In this document: piece by piece, positions 1 through 12,604 of the stretch | Position numbering within the stretch: position 1 is the stretch's first letter | How the letters are laid out: the number at the start of each line of letters is the position of its first letter | NCBI RefSeq assembly: GCF_001194135.2 | Contig: NC_068981.1 | Span: 122,364,250 to 122,428,195 of the forward strand | From: Octopus bimaculoides | Lineage: Eukaryota | Reading direction: 5' to 3' | Length of the DNA stretch: 63,946 nt | Translations under genes and position numbers: made by a program | Notes under the pieces: generated by a model | What the model was told of the DNA's origin: nothing | Seen by the model: the letters and a program-made list of their open reading frames with translations, nothing else | The model's database searches: none

Positions 1-5
1 TATGC

Positions 6-42
<37 letters not shown>

Positions 43-3000
43 AATCTATATAGAGAGAGAAGGAGAGACAGAGGGAGAGTGTACGTGTGTGTATGTGAAC
101 CTGCGATAAGGTACATGGTTGTGTATAATGGGTGTGCATTTTTGAGTGCGTGTACGTGCGAGTTCGTATGCGTATAAATATGCTAAAATGATGCAAGCAA
201 ACAATCGTAAAAGCTAATTCACTTGAAAATGACAGCGTGATATCACTTAACTGGCATTTATTCCAAGGTTGGCGGAAACAGCGTAACAGTCCAGTAGGAA
301 AAAATACTTTATTGATGAAGGAGATGAGAGCAATGTATCATAGAATAAAAGAACACTTATCAGAATAGAAGAATACATCATAAAAATAATGAATAAATAT
401 TGAAATTCCTCTGCGTTTTTTCTTATAAAATGCTTCAAACCGAAAATGACACAAGCGTTTCTTTTCTTCGATATGAAAAGCACTGAATACATTGAAGGCA
501 TAGTGTATAATATGAACTACATTATGATGATGGAACTCTTGTTTTTTTTCTTCAAATTAATGAAAGGTCTAACGCTATGGTGGAGTTCCAAGCAAAATGC
601 ACCAAAGTGAATGAAATAATAATAAAAAAATATATAAATTAGATTCTACGCAAATTGCGTCTAATCAAAATAACATGTGAAGCATTTCTTTTTTTTAACT
701 TTTTCATTTTGCTATTTCGATTTTAAAAAAAACATTTATATTTGATACAATTTTTGTTTTCCTCATTAACTGAAAGCTGTGAGAGTGCTATGAACACAAA
801 TAAATTATGCTAAATCTATATAAAAATTTCATCTCATGTCTAAATTCTAAAATACAAAAGCCACCTGCATCACACTAGCCATGGCTTTTTTTATTCAGAT
901 ATAAAAAATTGTAAGAGAATCTATGAATTAGTCTGTAGAGCGTAAGTCAAAGAAGAAGAAAAAGAAGAAGAAGAAGAAGACGACAACGATGACGATGACG
1001 TATATATTGCCCAATGTATCGTTATTGTATAAAACCATAGTTTAGACAATTATTTTTTAGTGAAAGGAAATGCTCAAATATAATAGCAGAGTATATTGTG
1101 AGTAGACAGAAAATATGATACTAGAAAATTTTATCGTAGCTGCATTCAACACCAGAATGCGGAGAACAAAAAGTGCATGACATTTTGTTTTACGCTTGAA
1201 CAATTCTATGTGTTTGTCCCCTCTAAGAATTTTACATTTCATTGACACTCTGTTGTTAATAACTTGAACAAGAGCAATAATGTTTTGAAAGACAACACAT
1301 TTGTGATTAAGGATATGCAAATTGTTTATCATTCATTGTATTTATTTAAGTTGAACTAATTCATACTACTGTTTATTTTTCAAACTCCCTAATTTTTGTG
1401 ACGGTGGGTTGTTATCGATTAGCTTTTTCTTAGATTGTCATTGCCGTTTATACAATACCCTGGGCTCCCATTTATATCTTATCATCACGGAGTTGTTAAA
1501 ATAAGTAACATAATCTATTAGAATGACTATGCCAGTTCATTATTCATAAAGTAGGGTCTCGTTCCAATTCTTATTCTAAAGGAATGCGAGTCTGGGGACA
1601 ATGTTAGACTGAAGTACTAATTAGCATAGAGTACTTAATTGTGTTGTAATATCTGAATTCAAAATTAAACTGAATATCAATTCACATTTAATGCTTCCAT
1701 TCTCGATAATTTACGTGAAGCGCATGCATTTGAATGATCAGTTAACATTGGTCTCTCTCTCTCTCTCTTTCTCCCTGTCTCTTTCTCCCTCTCTTTCTCT
1801 CTCTCTGTCTCTCTCTCTCTCTCTATTTTCATTTCTTTCTTGTAAACGTTTGTGTCTCTTTTCAAATTTATTTGGTGAATGCCAAAGACGTTCCTTTTAC
1901 ATTATTGAACTGTTCACATTAGAAGAAAGAAACTAATTGCTGTGTGACATTGTATATTGTTTGCTGCAGTATCAACAATTCATCGCACCACTCACCATTC
2001 TACCATTGTTAAATTAAAGCAGTTTGTAAATAGGCTGTCAAATTATCAAGGGTCTGATAGACGCATATTTTACTGAAAAATTCTGCAAACATTTTGAAGT
2101 GGTATCAAATAAATAACATAATTATGTGGTTGTAACAACACAGATGTTTTGCAATTGAATAACATTTTTGACTGGAAGGAATAGAATGCAACTCTCATAA
2201 CCGAGTCTATCTTGAGAAGTGATTTAATGCTTTGCTTTTTATTTTAATCATTACGGAGAAAACCTTGTTGTATATGTAAGGAAATCAAAATATAATTTTC
2301 AAAGTTTCATCGATGTAATTTTTCATTTCATAATAAGATACTTATTAATAAAGAAGGCTGAGAAACTTTATCCAACTGCACATGTCAAATCTTTGACTCA
2401 TTATATATATATTTATCATATTCATAAGCTTCTTTAATTGGATGTAACGCCTATGTTGACGCTTTTAGTGATGTGCATTCTTCTACATATTTTTTTTCTT
2501 TTTTCTTATTTGGAAATGTATAAAGTTAAAGTGATACTCAATATATATGGTGATACCCTTGTCTAGGAAATATGTCGTCTTCAGTATCTAAGGACATTTG
2601 AATTTTGCTACATACATGATATTTGTCCGAAATTCTTAAGAGAACTGAAATTTACTATTTGAATAAAAGGGGAATGAGGGCCATTTTCAAAACCCCTAAC
2701 GCGCGGACAATTATGACAAAGTTCTGAATTTTGGGGGTTTCATATCCTCAGAAAGTCTGAAATAAACATGTTAAAATGAATTTTGTGTGACGGGTACACT
2801 TGAAAAATGACATCAAACAGTTTCTAAATCCCAATAGTTTTCTTTCGTATAGTTAGATTTTGAGTATTCGACGCTTTCCAGTGATAAAACAAGGTGAATT
2901 GTGATCATATTAGGACAAACGCATGTTATGTATACTGCTAATATTGACAGAAGATGCATCTCTTTATATTGGCAGTATAATTGGTCTCACAGAATTCTGG

Positions 3001-4238
3001 CTTTTACAAGTAAACCATCAAACAACAGAAAGAATGTTCAACACTATTAGATATGTCGTGAGAACCCCTATAATATGCACATAATGTTTGCCGTGGAAGT
3101 TCAGTAATATCTGTAATTTCATTCATATATGAAGTATAGCGCATACGTTCTCTAATTCAAAAAAGACGACTATAAATTAATCATCCCCTGAGAGACTAAC
3201 ATTATTTACTCTAAACATTCCATTTTCATTGTAGAGTTTATCAGCTCCAATTCGGTTTGATTAGTCCTTTTTTTTCTTGTTGGAGTTCGGTAATGCGAAG
3301 AGAGAACTGTTGAGAAATGAAATCGTAATCTGAATATTGTAGGCATCAGGAATGATGTTATTATTTTAAGATTTTACGCTATGTGTTTAAAATATGTTAG
3401 AAATTTATTTTAAAATCTACGAATATTTCAACAGTTTTCCATTTGGAAGAGTCTAAAAGAGAAAAAGTAAATTTGACATAATGACTTTTGTCACTGATTA
3501 CATCGGACAATTAACTCCAAAGAATAAGCAGCCATCCTACCATTTATATCCTGTTATGTACCTTAAAAGAGGTAAATATTTTACTGTTTTAATATAAATA
3601 ACCACTCCCAAGACTTTCTATCTCGCCAAATGATATGTAGATACGTGGTATTTAGTTATGCAACCATAATATACTATAAAATATATTAAATGTTTTTATA
3701 AGTCAATGCCATGTTCTACCGCGTTAGCAGTGCTTTTTACATTATTTTGTTAAAGCTATTTCAACAGCTGTTCAATAGAAATTATAGCCATCACTGATTT
3801 TTGCTACAATGTTTCATATCGAGACGTGTGATGTAAACAAACAACGAAAAGGAGCAAATCCCCACCCTGAATTGTACACAGTTTCTCGTCTCTATCCTAA
3901 ACCATTATGTCAGGATAATTGAGCTTATATTTTATTGAGCTTTTCACTGGGACATTCCACCAGCATTCCATTTAATTAAGAGTGCTTATGGCTTCAACTA
4001 TACTGTGATTTTTTTTCTTTCTTTGTGCTAGGTGTTATCCATCCGTCAGATTTCGTTATAGTGTCCTAGCTATAATATCTCTCATCTCAGTAGATAATCC
4101 TGACATTTTCGGACAACTACTTATGTTGTGGGTGATATATTCGGTATTCGCTCCACTAAGATTGCATCATATGTATGTATGCATGAATGTTATTGTTGTT
4201 GTTGTTGTTGTTATTATTTTTATTTTAGTATGTTTTGT

Positions 4239-4910
<672 letters not shown>

Positions 4911-5924
4911 NNNNNNNNNNNNNNNNNNNNNNNNNNNNNNNNNNNNNNNNNNNNNNNNNNNNNNNNNNNNNNNNNNNNNNNNNNNNNNNNNNNNNNNNNN
5001 NNNNNNNNNNNNNNNNNNNNNNNNNNNNNNNNNNNNNNNNNNNNNNNNNNNNNNNNNNNNNNNNNNNNNNNNNNNNNNNNNNNNNNNNNNNNNNNNNNNN
5101 NNNNNNNNNNNNNNNNNNNNNNNNNNNNNNNNNNNNNNNNNNNNNNNNNNNNNNNNNNNNNNNNNNNNNNNNNNNNNNNNNNNNNNNNNNNNNNNNNNNN
5201 NNNNNNNNNNNNNNNNNNNNNNNNNNNNNNNNNNNNNNNNNNNNNNNNNNNNNNNNNNNNNNNNNNNNNNNNNNNNNNNNNNNNNNNNNNNNNNNNNNNN
5301 NNNNNNNNNNNNNNNNNNNNNNNNNNNNNNNNNNNNNNNNNNNNNNNNNNNNNNNNNNNNNNNNNNNNNNNNATATATATATATATATATATACGTGGGT
5401 ATGTGTGTGTTGGTGTTGGTGTATGTCCGTGTGTCTCATAGTGAATATTTTCATATCAGTCTACTGAATACTTCTGCTTACTCGTTCAATTTTCTCATGT
5501 TCTCTTTTATTAAATTTTTATATATAATCTCTTCACAAAGCTCTGGGTGGTGTGTCATGTATTCCCCAGCCCATTGGAAAATAAGGAAAATGCATACAAA
5601 TCATTAAATTCAATATATTTAATTGCTTGAAAACAATATTATTCAAATTGTCTTGTAGTTACCTTTTAAAAAATCTTGCTTCACTTTCGTTAATATTGAC
5701 GAAGTTCATTATACTTTTGTATTTATATCTTTTTAAGTCATAAACCACAATGTAGTCCTGTGTCACACGTACAAAAATATCTAATCTAATATTTATATTG
5801 GTATATTTCTGCGAAAAGTTGTCGTTTCTTATTTTCGTAAGTGCATCGTATAGTCAGATAGAATGCGTTGAATTAATTTGGTTCTCTGAACTTTGAATCC
5901 ATATCCAGATTGAATCAATTTCAC

Positions 5925-6106
5925 CTGTTATAATTCTAGGGCTGATGAAAATCAGAAACAGTCCTGGGTCGCTGCAGCTCTGCCTCACTCTGGTTGTAAT
6001 ATCTTGATCTTTCCACTTCATCAAAAGTGAAAGGAGTGAAACGATATCCTGTGACATCTTGTAACTACAGTTCTGGGATTGTACAAACCACAATGAAATG
6101 GTGCAC
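5925..6106 (-). CDS. Candidate internal exon (182 nt), product unknown
   Basis: GC-richer island. On the minus strand: acceptor ttttcaacag|, donor CAG|gtgaaa, and one frame open throughout (CTISLWFVQSQNCSYKMSQDIVSLLSLLMKWKDQDITTRVRQSCSDPGLFLIFISPRIIT). No homology recognised. Confidence 0.2.
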
Positions 6107-8390
6107 CTGTTGAAAAGCACCGAATCAGTGATTGCTCATACACTGTAACTTTTCGGAGAGTAGATGTTTAAAAAGGAATTTTTAAAGGATTTATATTCTT
6201 TCATGGCTAATGTTTTGCTGTGATATATGCAGACTCAGTGAAAACCGTCATTTCATGTTTTGTTATATTCATATTATAGGCCGATGGATTAGCAGAAACA
6301 GAGGAACACCTGATGCATGACCGTACATTATTAGTTATGTTTCTTTAAAGAGTATGTTCAAATAATCGTGTAGAGGTTTCCATTACAAATTCATGGTAGC
6401 TTTTTTCTCGGACGGTAATCAAATATTTTTAACATTTCATCTCCCTGAATGAATACAGTTATTGACATAGTGTATCTGGTATGCCACTTCAGAAATAACA
6501 TGCAGCTACTTTTCTTTTCTAGCACTTGACAAACCCTACATTATGAGCAGTTACTTGTAATCTAATGTAATCTAATACTTAAAAATAAGTTGGGTGAACT
6601 GGCAGAAATTTTAGAGCATCAAAAATATTGTAAAGCGGTATTTATTTGCTGATTATTTCATTGTGACTTCAGTTCTCGCTGAGGACGATTATTTTGCGTG
6701 TTATCGTATTCACGTCAATATAGTAAAACATAGGTTACAATACAAGTCCAAAATTAAATCGATATAATGGACATTTCCCTCTATCTGGTGTTGTGCCTAT
6801 CTTAGAAAACAACCCTACACTATCCGAAATGTCCAAGTTTCTTAAAAAGAGAAAAATATTGTATATCATTACTTTAAGCAGCTTCGATGATATTTATAGA
6901 ATAACATGTCGCTACATATAACAGACATCACTGACGCGCCTCTTTAATGAAGTTTGATAATCCCATAACGTATACACGCAGTGAGAAAAGGAAATAGAGA
7001 AAGAGAAACAAATAATATATTTAAGTCTGAAAATGTTGATTTCCAGTATCAGTTAAAATTGTGGTTCTACAACAATCGGTTTAGCCAGTTTTGCGTTCAT
7101 TTACTGAAGCACACTAGTGCAGCAGATAACTACGTAGCTGCACGCATGCTACAGGATATAAATGGTTGACACCATCAATTTAGGCCACTCTCTCATTATC
7201 TCTCCATATACATATAACACTTACCAATACAAAATGTTTTCTCAATATAGAAGAATTCAGTGTGTGTTATAATTCCTTATATAGGTATTTGCTAACCACT
7301 ACACACATTATTTTTCTCTGCTTGTTTCTCTCCTTGTTTCTTTCTGTGTTCCTTTCTGTGGAAGAGCGTAGGCTCGAAACGTTAAAGACTTTTTCAATTC
7401 CCGAGCGTTATACTAACGTGTCTGTTTGTTTTCTACACCACTTGTCTTCGACTTTTTTTTGTGTTAATTCTCCCTATAATTGCATGTATATTTTATTAAC
7501 GCATTGATGAAGCTTGCACACATGGTTTTAGCAGTGTATCTCAATGGGATTGAAAGTTACATGTACATAAGCTCTGGATTATAAGTTGATTAGCACTCAA
7601 CATTTGGAATGTATTTCCTCTCCTGCAATTAAATGTAAATCGTAATTGTTTTATGTTGTTTTATTTGCAGTCGTTGGGGAAAGGTTCTGCGTTTGGTTCG
7701 ATTCATATGGGGTAGCTTAGAGTAGGTTTGTGTCTTCAAATAACGGAGATCATTTTTGATTTTACTGATAAATTAATTGCAGATATTTCATGACGCAAAT
7801 TATTTCTAAACATTAAAAGAGATTTTTAATACATTTTGATTATTGTGCGGTATATGTAAAGGGAGAGTTGGGTTTATTCAGCTAATATTTTTATTTCAAT
7901 TACTTTTACTTTTGATTCATCAAATTATGTCGTTTCTGACAATAGCTTTTATATTGGAACTGTTATTTGAGAGATTTTATAATTTATGCGAGATGTGTGT
8001 CAACATGATATTGATATTTTCATGTTGATGGCCGGAAGGTTTTTGAATGTCTTAGTGTTTCGCTCAGTAAACCAAGAAGGTGGTGAAATTAGCAAGAGTT
8101 AGTATGACAGAGAAAGGCTAATACACTCCTCTGAAAACGGAAATGGGTTACGTAACACTTCAGTCGTATATTTAGCGTATGATGTACATAATGAACATGT
8201 TTGAGTGTACATACATGAGTGAGTGGGTGCGTGATGATTTCGTATGTAAAAGCATGCACACACCTACACACACACACGCCCACATATATATACATATATG
8301 CACACACATGTATATATATACATACACACACATATATAAATGTATGTATACATATATAAGCATAGTTATTTAACTATACACAAAATATAA

Positions 8391-8433
8391 AATCGTATAT
8401 AAATATATATGTATATATATATATGCATAAATG

Positions 8434-8519
<86 letters not shown>

Positions 8520-8520
8520 C
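8391..8520. repeat. (TA)n-rich microsatellite hosting the RTE insertion
   Basis: Directly visible; the array continues at ~8982-9022 on the other side of the insert. Confidence 0.95.
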
Positions 8521-8931
8521 ATGTGTGGAGTGAAAGCGTTTGAAGAGGCCAGGATGACGCAAGCAGGACTCAAGAGGTATTTAAGGAAAAATGTAAAGAT
8601 CGAGAAGGTGAATGCCAAGGACCTTTTTGTGTGCACAGTCTGTGACAAATCATGCCTGTCTTTGGCTGGCCTAAAATCTGACCTGCGAACCCATGGAAAA
8701 CAAACTTCAACCAGGTATTCTGATTATGTGTCTGTGTACACCTTTGAATGTGGTGTGTGCCAGAGAGCTTGCAAATCCAATGGGGGTCTTACAAGACATG
8801 TTAGGATCCACAATGCGCAGAACTTACCTACAGGTATTCGTAGTACAAATCAGAGGTGCAATCTGTGTGGGTGTTTTTTCAAAAGATTGTCTGGTTTAAA
8901 AAGCCACATCAGACGCTATGAAAGGGCTTAG
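8521..8931 (+). CDS. 136-aa ORF with three C2H2-type zinc-finger units (LINE-derived, probably not a host gene)
   Basis: C-x2-C-x12-H-x3-H spacing occurs three times. Finger 2 (CGVC..HVRIH) is intact, finger 1 has its first His replaced by Asp, and finger 3 has its last His replaced by Tyr. The upstream part of the track ORF (8431-8520) is only (TA)n. Confidence 0.45.
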   Translation: MCGVKAFEEARMTQAGLKRYLRKNVKIEKVNAKDLFVCTVCDKSCLSLAGLKSDLRTHGKQTSTRYSDYVSVYTFECGVCQRACKSNGGLTRHVRIHNAQNLPTGIRSTNQRCNLCGCFFKRLSGLKSHIRRYERA

Positions 8932-8981
8932 GTGTAGGTGCAGGAGGTTGTCAAACTCTGTGTAAGGACTAGACAACAACC
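8524..8981 (+). mobile_element. 5'-truncated RTE-like non-LTR retrotransposon 3' end (ORF C-terminus with C2H2 fingers, short 3' UTR, (CAA)n tail)
   Basis: GVKAFEEAR...KRYLRK...[23 protein letters not shown] resembles the GV..FE..R...KR..RK..F.C..C.R.C.S..GL.SH C-terminus I recall for RTE-clade ORFs. Ends in acaacaac. Flanked by an 11 bp direct repeat atatatacatg (8513-8523 and 8982-8992), interpreted as the TSD. Confidence 0.8.
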
Positions 8982-8994
8982 ATATATACATGCG

Positions 8995-9026
<32 letters not shown>

Positions 9027-9547
9027 AGTAAAAATAAATACAAAAAGGGGTTTTGTATGATTGTGTATAGAGGAATATATTATTTGGTTTAAAAGAGTTC
9101 CAACACTGTCTGTTTTTTATGTTTTATTTATATTCCTGCAAAACCAATGTGGGATATAGAATATGGAATATACAATATATAATATAAAATGAAAATGGAT
9201 GGTACAATGAAATAAAGTATTGAATGTCTTATTGAATATATGGAATATGTCTTATTGAATAGATGTAATATTGAGTGTTCAATATAAAGAATTAAATNNN
9301 NNNNNNNNNNNNNNNNNNNNNNNNNNNNNNNNNNNNNNNNNNNNNNNNNNNNNNNNNNNNNNNNNNNNNNNNNNNNNNNNNNNNNNNNNNNNNNNNNNNN
9401 NNNNNNNNNNNNNNNNNNNNNNNNNNNNNNNNNNNNNNNNNNNNNNNNNNNNNNNNNNNNNNNNNNNNNNNNNNNNNNNNNNNNNNNNNNNNNNNNNNNN
9501 NNNNNNNNNNNNNNNNNNNNNNNNNNNNNNNNNNNNNNNNNNNNNNN

Positions 9548-9744
9548 TCTAACCCGCTAGAAGGAGCAGTCAAAACTCCACACTACAATTAGGGATAATT
9601 TCGTAAAGGAATGAAAAATAAAAATACTTACCATCTATTTTGGTTCGGAAAATATAGGTGGTAAATGTTTTTATGTTTCATTCCCTTTCGAAATTATCCC
9701 TAATTGTGGTGTGGAGTTTTGACTGCTCCTTCTAGTGGGTTAGA
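9548..9744. mobile_element. 197 bp fold-back palindrome (MITE-like)
   Basis: tctaacccgctagaaggagcagtcaaaactccacactacaattagggataatttcg... matches the reverse complement of ...cgaaattatccctaattgtggtgtggagttttgactgctccttctagtgggttaga. Arms ~95 bp with ~8 differences; loop ~ggttcgg. The left edge abuts an N gap. Confidence 0.75.
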
Positions 9745-9902
9745 TGTCCTATTATGGTCATCTCTCTTATATGTTTAAATGTACACTGTATGTATTTTTA
9801 TGAACAATATATAGTCTATTGACTATTTTTTCCTTCTTGCTAGACAACTGGCAGCAAATAGAATTTCTACAAATGTTTTTGCTACCCTCAGATCTATTAA
9901 TG

Positions 9903-9934
<32 letters not shown>

Positions 9935-10127
9935 CGCACTTGCGAGGAAGAAGAGTTGTATCATCGACAGTTGAGTTTTACTTTGTGTTGTGTATGTACA
10001 ATTTATACAGCATATCTCTTTAGCTATTTTGTATGTGTACATTTAAGGACAACGTTTTGCTTTTATACATCATGGTATTTCTCTCCTGTTATTGCTTTTA
10101 GTGTTCTGCTACATATTTTCTTTTTCT

Positions 10128-10183
10128 CGTTGTTGTTGTTGTTGTTGTTGTTGTTGTTCTTCTTCTTCTTCTTCTTCTTCTTC

Positions 10184-10248
<65 letters not shown>
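10128..10248. repeat. Compound (GTT)n(CTT)n(ATT)n microsatellite
   Basis: Directly visible. Confidence 0.95.
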
Positions 10249-12222
10249 GGTTGTTGTTACCAGACGAGAAATTGGGACGAGTAATAATGTATTATAGGAG
10301 AGAATTTCAACAAAGAGAATTGAAATGCATGAGAAATTAAGTGAAGGATGAAAAAGAAGAGATTTTATAGAAGGCAAGCATAGTAATAGAAATTAAGAGA
10401 CAGAGAAATTGGTATAGATAAAGAGAAATTGAATAAGAGAGAGAGAGGGTGTGAGCCTGTGAGATTGGGAAAATACTGAGAAAAGGATGAAAAGGTAAAG
10501 AAGGAAAACGTGAGTGTAAGGAATATGAGGTAAGTGAATGAAAGAGCTTGAGTGTGTATTTTAAGTGCATTACCACTCACACCACGTACATGATGATTCA
10601 GTACTTTCTCTGCACATCTCATATCATGCTCAATATTCAATCTTTAATTAGTAAATGCATTGCACGACTTCATTATTTCATACATTATTTTTATTTGTTT
10701 AGCTATATTTAAACCATATGGAAATCTTTGGGTTGGTAGTTTTTGTTTCATTTTCTGCTATATCCCTCCTTTTATTAAAAATTCACTTATTGTATTTTCT
10801 TTTAATATTTATTTATCATTTATGTTCCTTGTTTTTAATCTAGACAAATCCAAATTTCTATAAATGCATGCACACATAAATACACACATACATTTGTGTG
10901 TATGTACGTGTATATATATATATACATTGTCGTGCGTGTCTGGACTAGTCTGTGCGTACAACCGTGTCTTTGTGTGTTGGTGTTTTTCTCATTCGTTATT
11001 ATTCATTATTTATTAGGCCTCGTGATTGTAGAGACGGATGATATCATTCTATATATTGCTTTTCCTTTTTCGATACTTCTATGTTGGTTTCTCGATATTA
11101 TTATTTTCTTATACGTTTCGTCTTATTTCATTTCTGTTGATATGTATGAACGTTCCTGTTGATATGTATGAACGTTGCGCATTCTTTTACAACATACCCT
11201 AACCATGTTTTAGTATAAGAATGTTTATTAGGCTTGTAGAATTAGCAGCCATAGGTTTTCCCTTCAAGTAATAAGACCATACCATCTAAGAAAATTCCAG
11301 GACATACTGAATACCTTAATCATAGAATCAATACATATGAAACAAGAAAGTTCAGGGGATGAAATTGGCTGTAATTCTTTCCGTTTTAGGTCTTTTTCAA
11401 CCGGAGTTGAACTGGAGTTGGACCAGATTTGGCTGGAGCTGGACCGAAGTTGGCCAGAGTTGAGCCATCGTTTTTCTAAATGCATGTAATGTTACACCCG
11501 CCACGGAATCAATACAAGGGAAAAAGTGCTACATAAGATTTCTAATTTAGGTACATTGGAAGGAGAAAATAAATCGATCAAAAGCACTTGTTTGGTTTTA
11601 TATTTAATTAATCAGTTACGGATGAATGGGTATGCTTACTTCGGTTTGATTTGATCTTATAACATAATAATCCAGAAGAAATATCACAAGTTATTTTCAC
11701 AATTCTCTAACGATGCAGCCAATAAAATACCTTAAACTGCGAAAATAATAAAAGACAAAAATGAAGAAAAAATATTTTTAAAAAGTACGAAAAAGAGATA
11801 AGAAAGAATACATATACCAAACATATGTAAAATTCTAATAAAATCTTTCAATAATTATATTTTCTGTACGCAGGTGAAATGCAATTTAAATAGCTTTCCT
11901 TTTAATTAAGCATGCCTTAGTATAAGACGCAGTTCCGTTGAATAAAACCATAAAAGCTTAAGAGGCTTGTAATCAAATAAATGACACTACCTGTTGTTAA
12001 GTTCAATGCACATGCTGAACACATTCCCCGGTACATCGACAGCGTCTTACATATTTATACATAATCCCTTAATTATTTCCTGTGCGAAAGTGAGATCAAC
12101 CGAAGTTGCAATTTGTAGGGATTTTTATATTTTTTTTCCCATTTACATGACTAGATTTATATATATGTCACGCTATATTGTATCTATTATATTAGCATGC
12201 AGATACCGCTCTGTCCCTCCCC

Positions 12223-12255
<33 letters not shown>

Positions 12256-12560
12256 GCTCTCCTTCTCTCTCTCTCTTTCATTCTCTTTTACCCATTTATT
12301 TTCACTTTCTCGCTCTCTATATATATTGAAGTGTATATACACACATACATTTATACTTTGTAATCAATACGTCAACACGCATGCATCTATGAATGCAATA
12401 TGGATGCATGCGTGTTTTTATAGGTTCTAAGTACGCTGAATGATATCTATAAACTACCTGTATAAATGTTATAGGGACATATTTATTAAAACAAAATTAC
12501 GCTGTCTTATATATAGACGTGCATTCAAAATTTTAAAACTTAGGTATATCAATACGTGCC

Positions 12561-12604
<44 letters not shown>

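Noticed and set aside
2650-2900. Possible old DNA-transposon remnant
   Set aside because: Only faint motif resemblance to 37405-38330; no ends or ORF could be defined.
8431-8931. 166-aa ORF as a host C2H2 zinc-finger gene
   Set aside because: The first 30 codons are (TA)n. There are no TGEKP-type linkers, and the TSD, (CAA)n tail and RTE-like C-terminal motif point to a LINE fragment.
11133-11176. Short ~22-25 bp tandem duplications (also ~9220-9265, 35041-35085)
   Set aside because: Ordinary slippage or repair duplications with no further structure.
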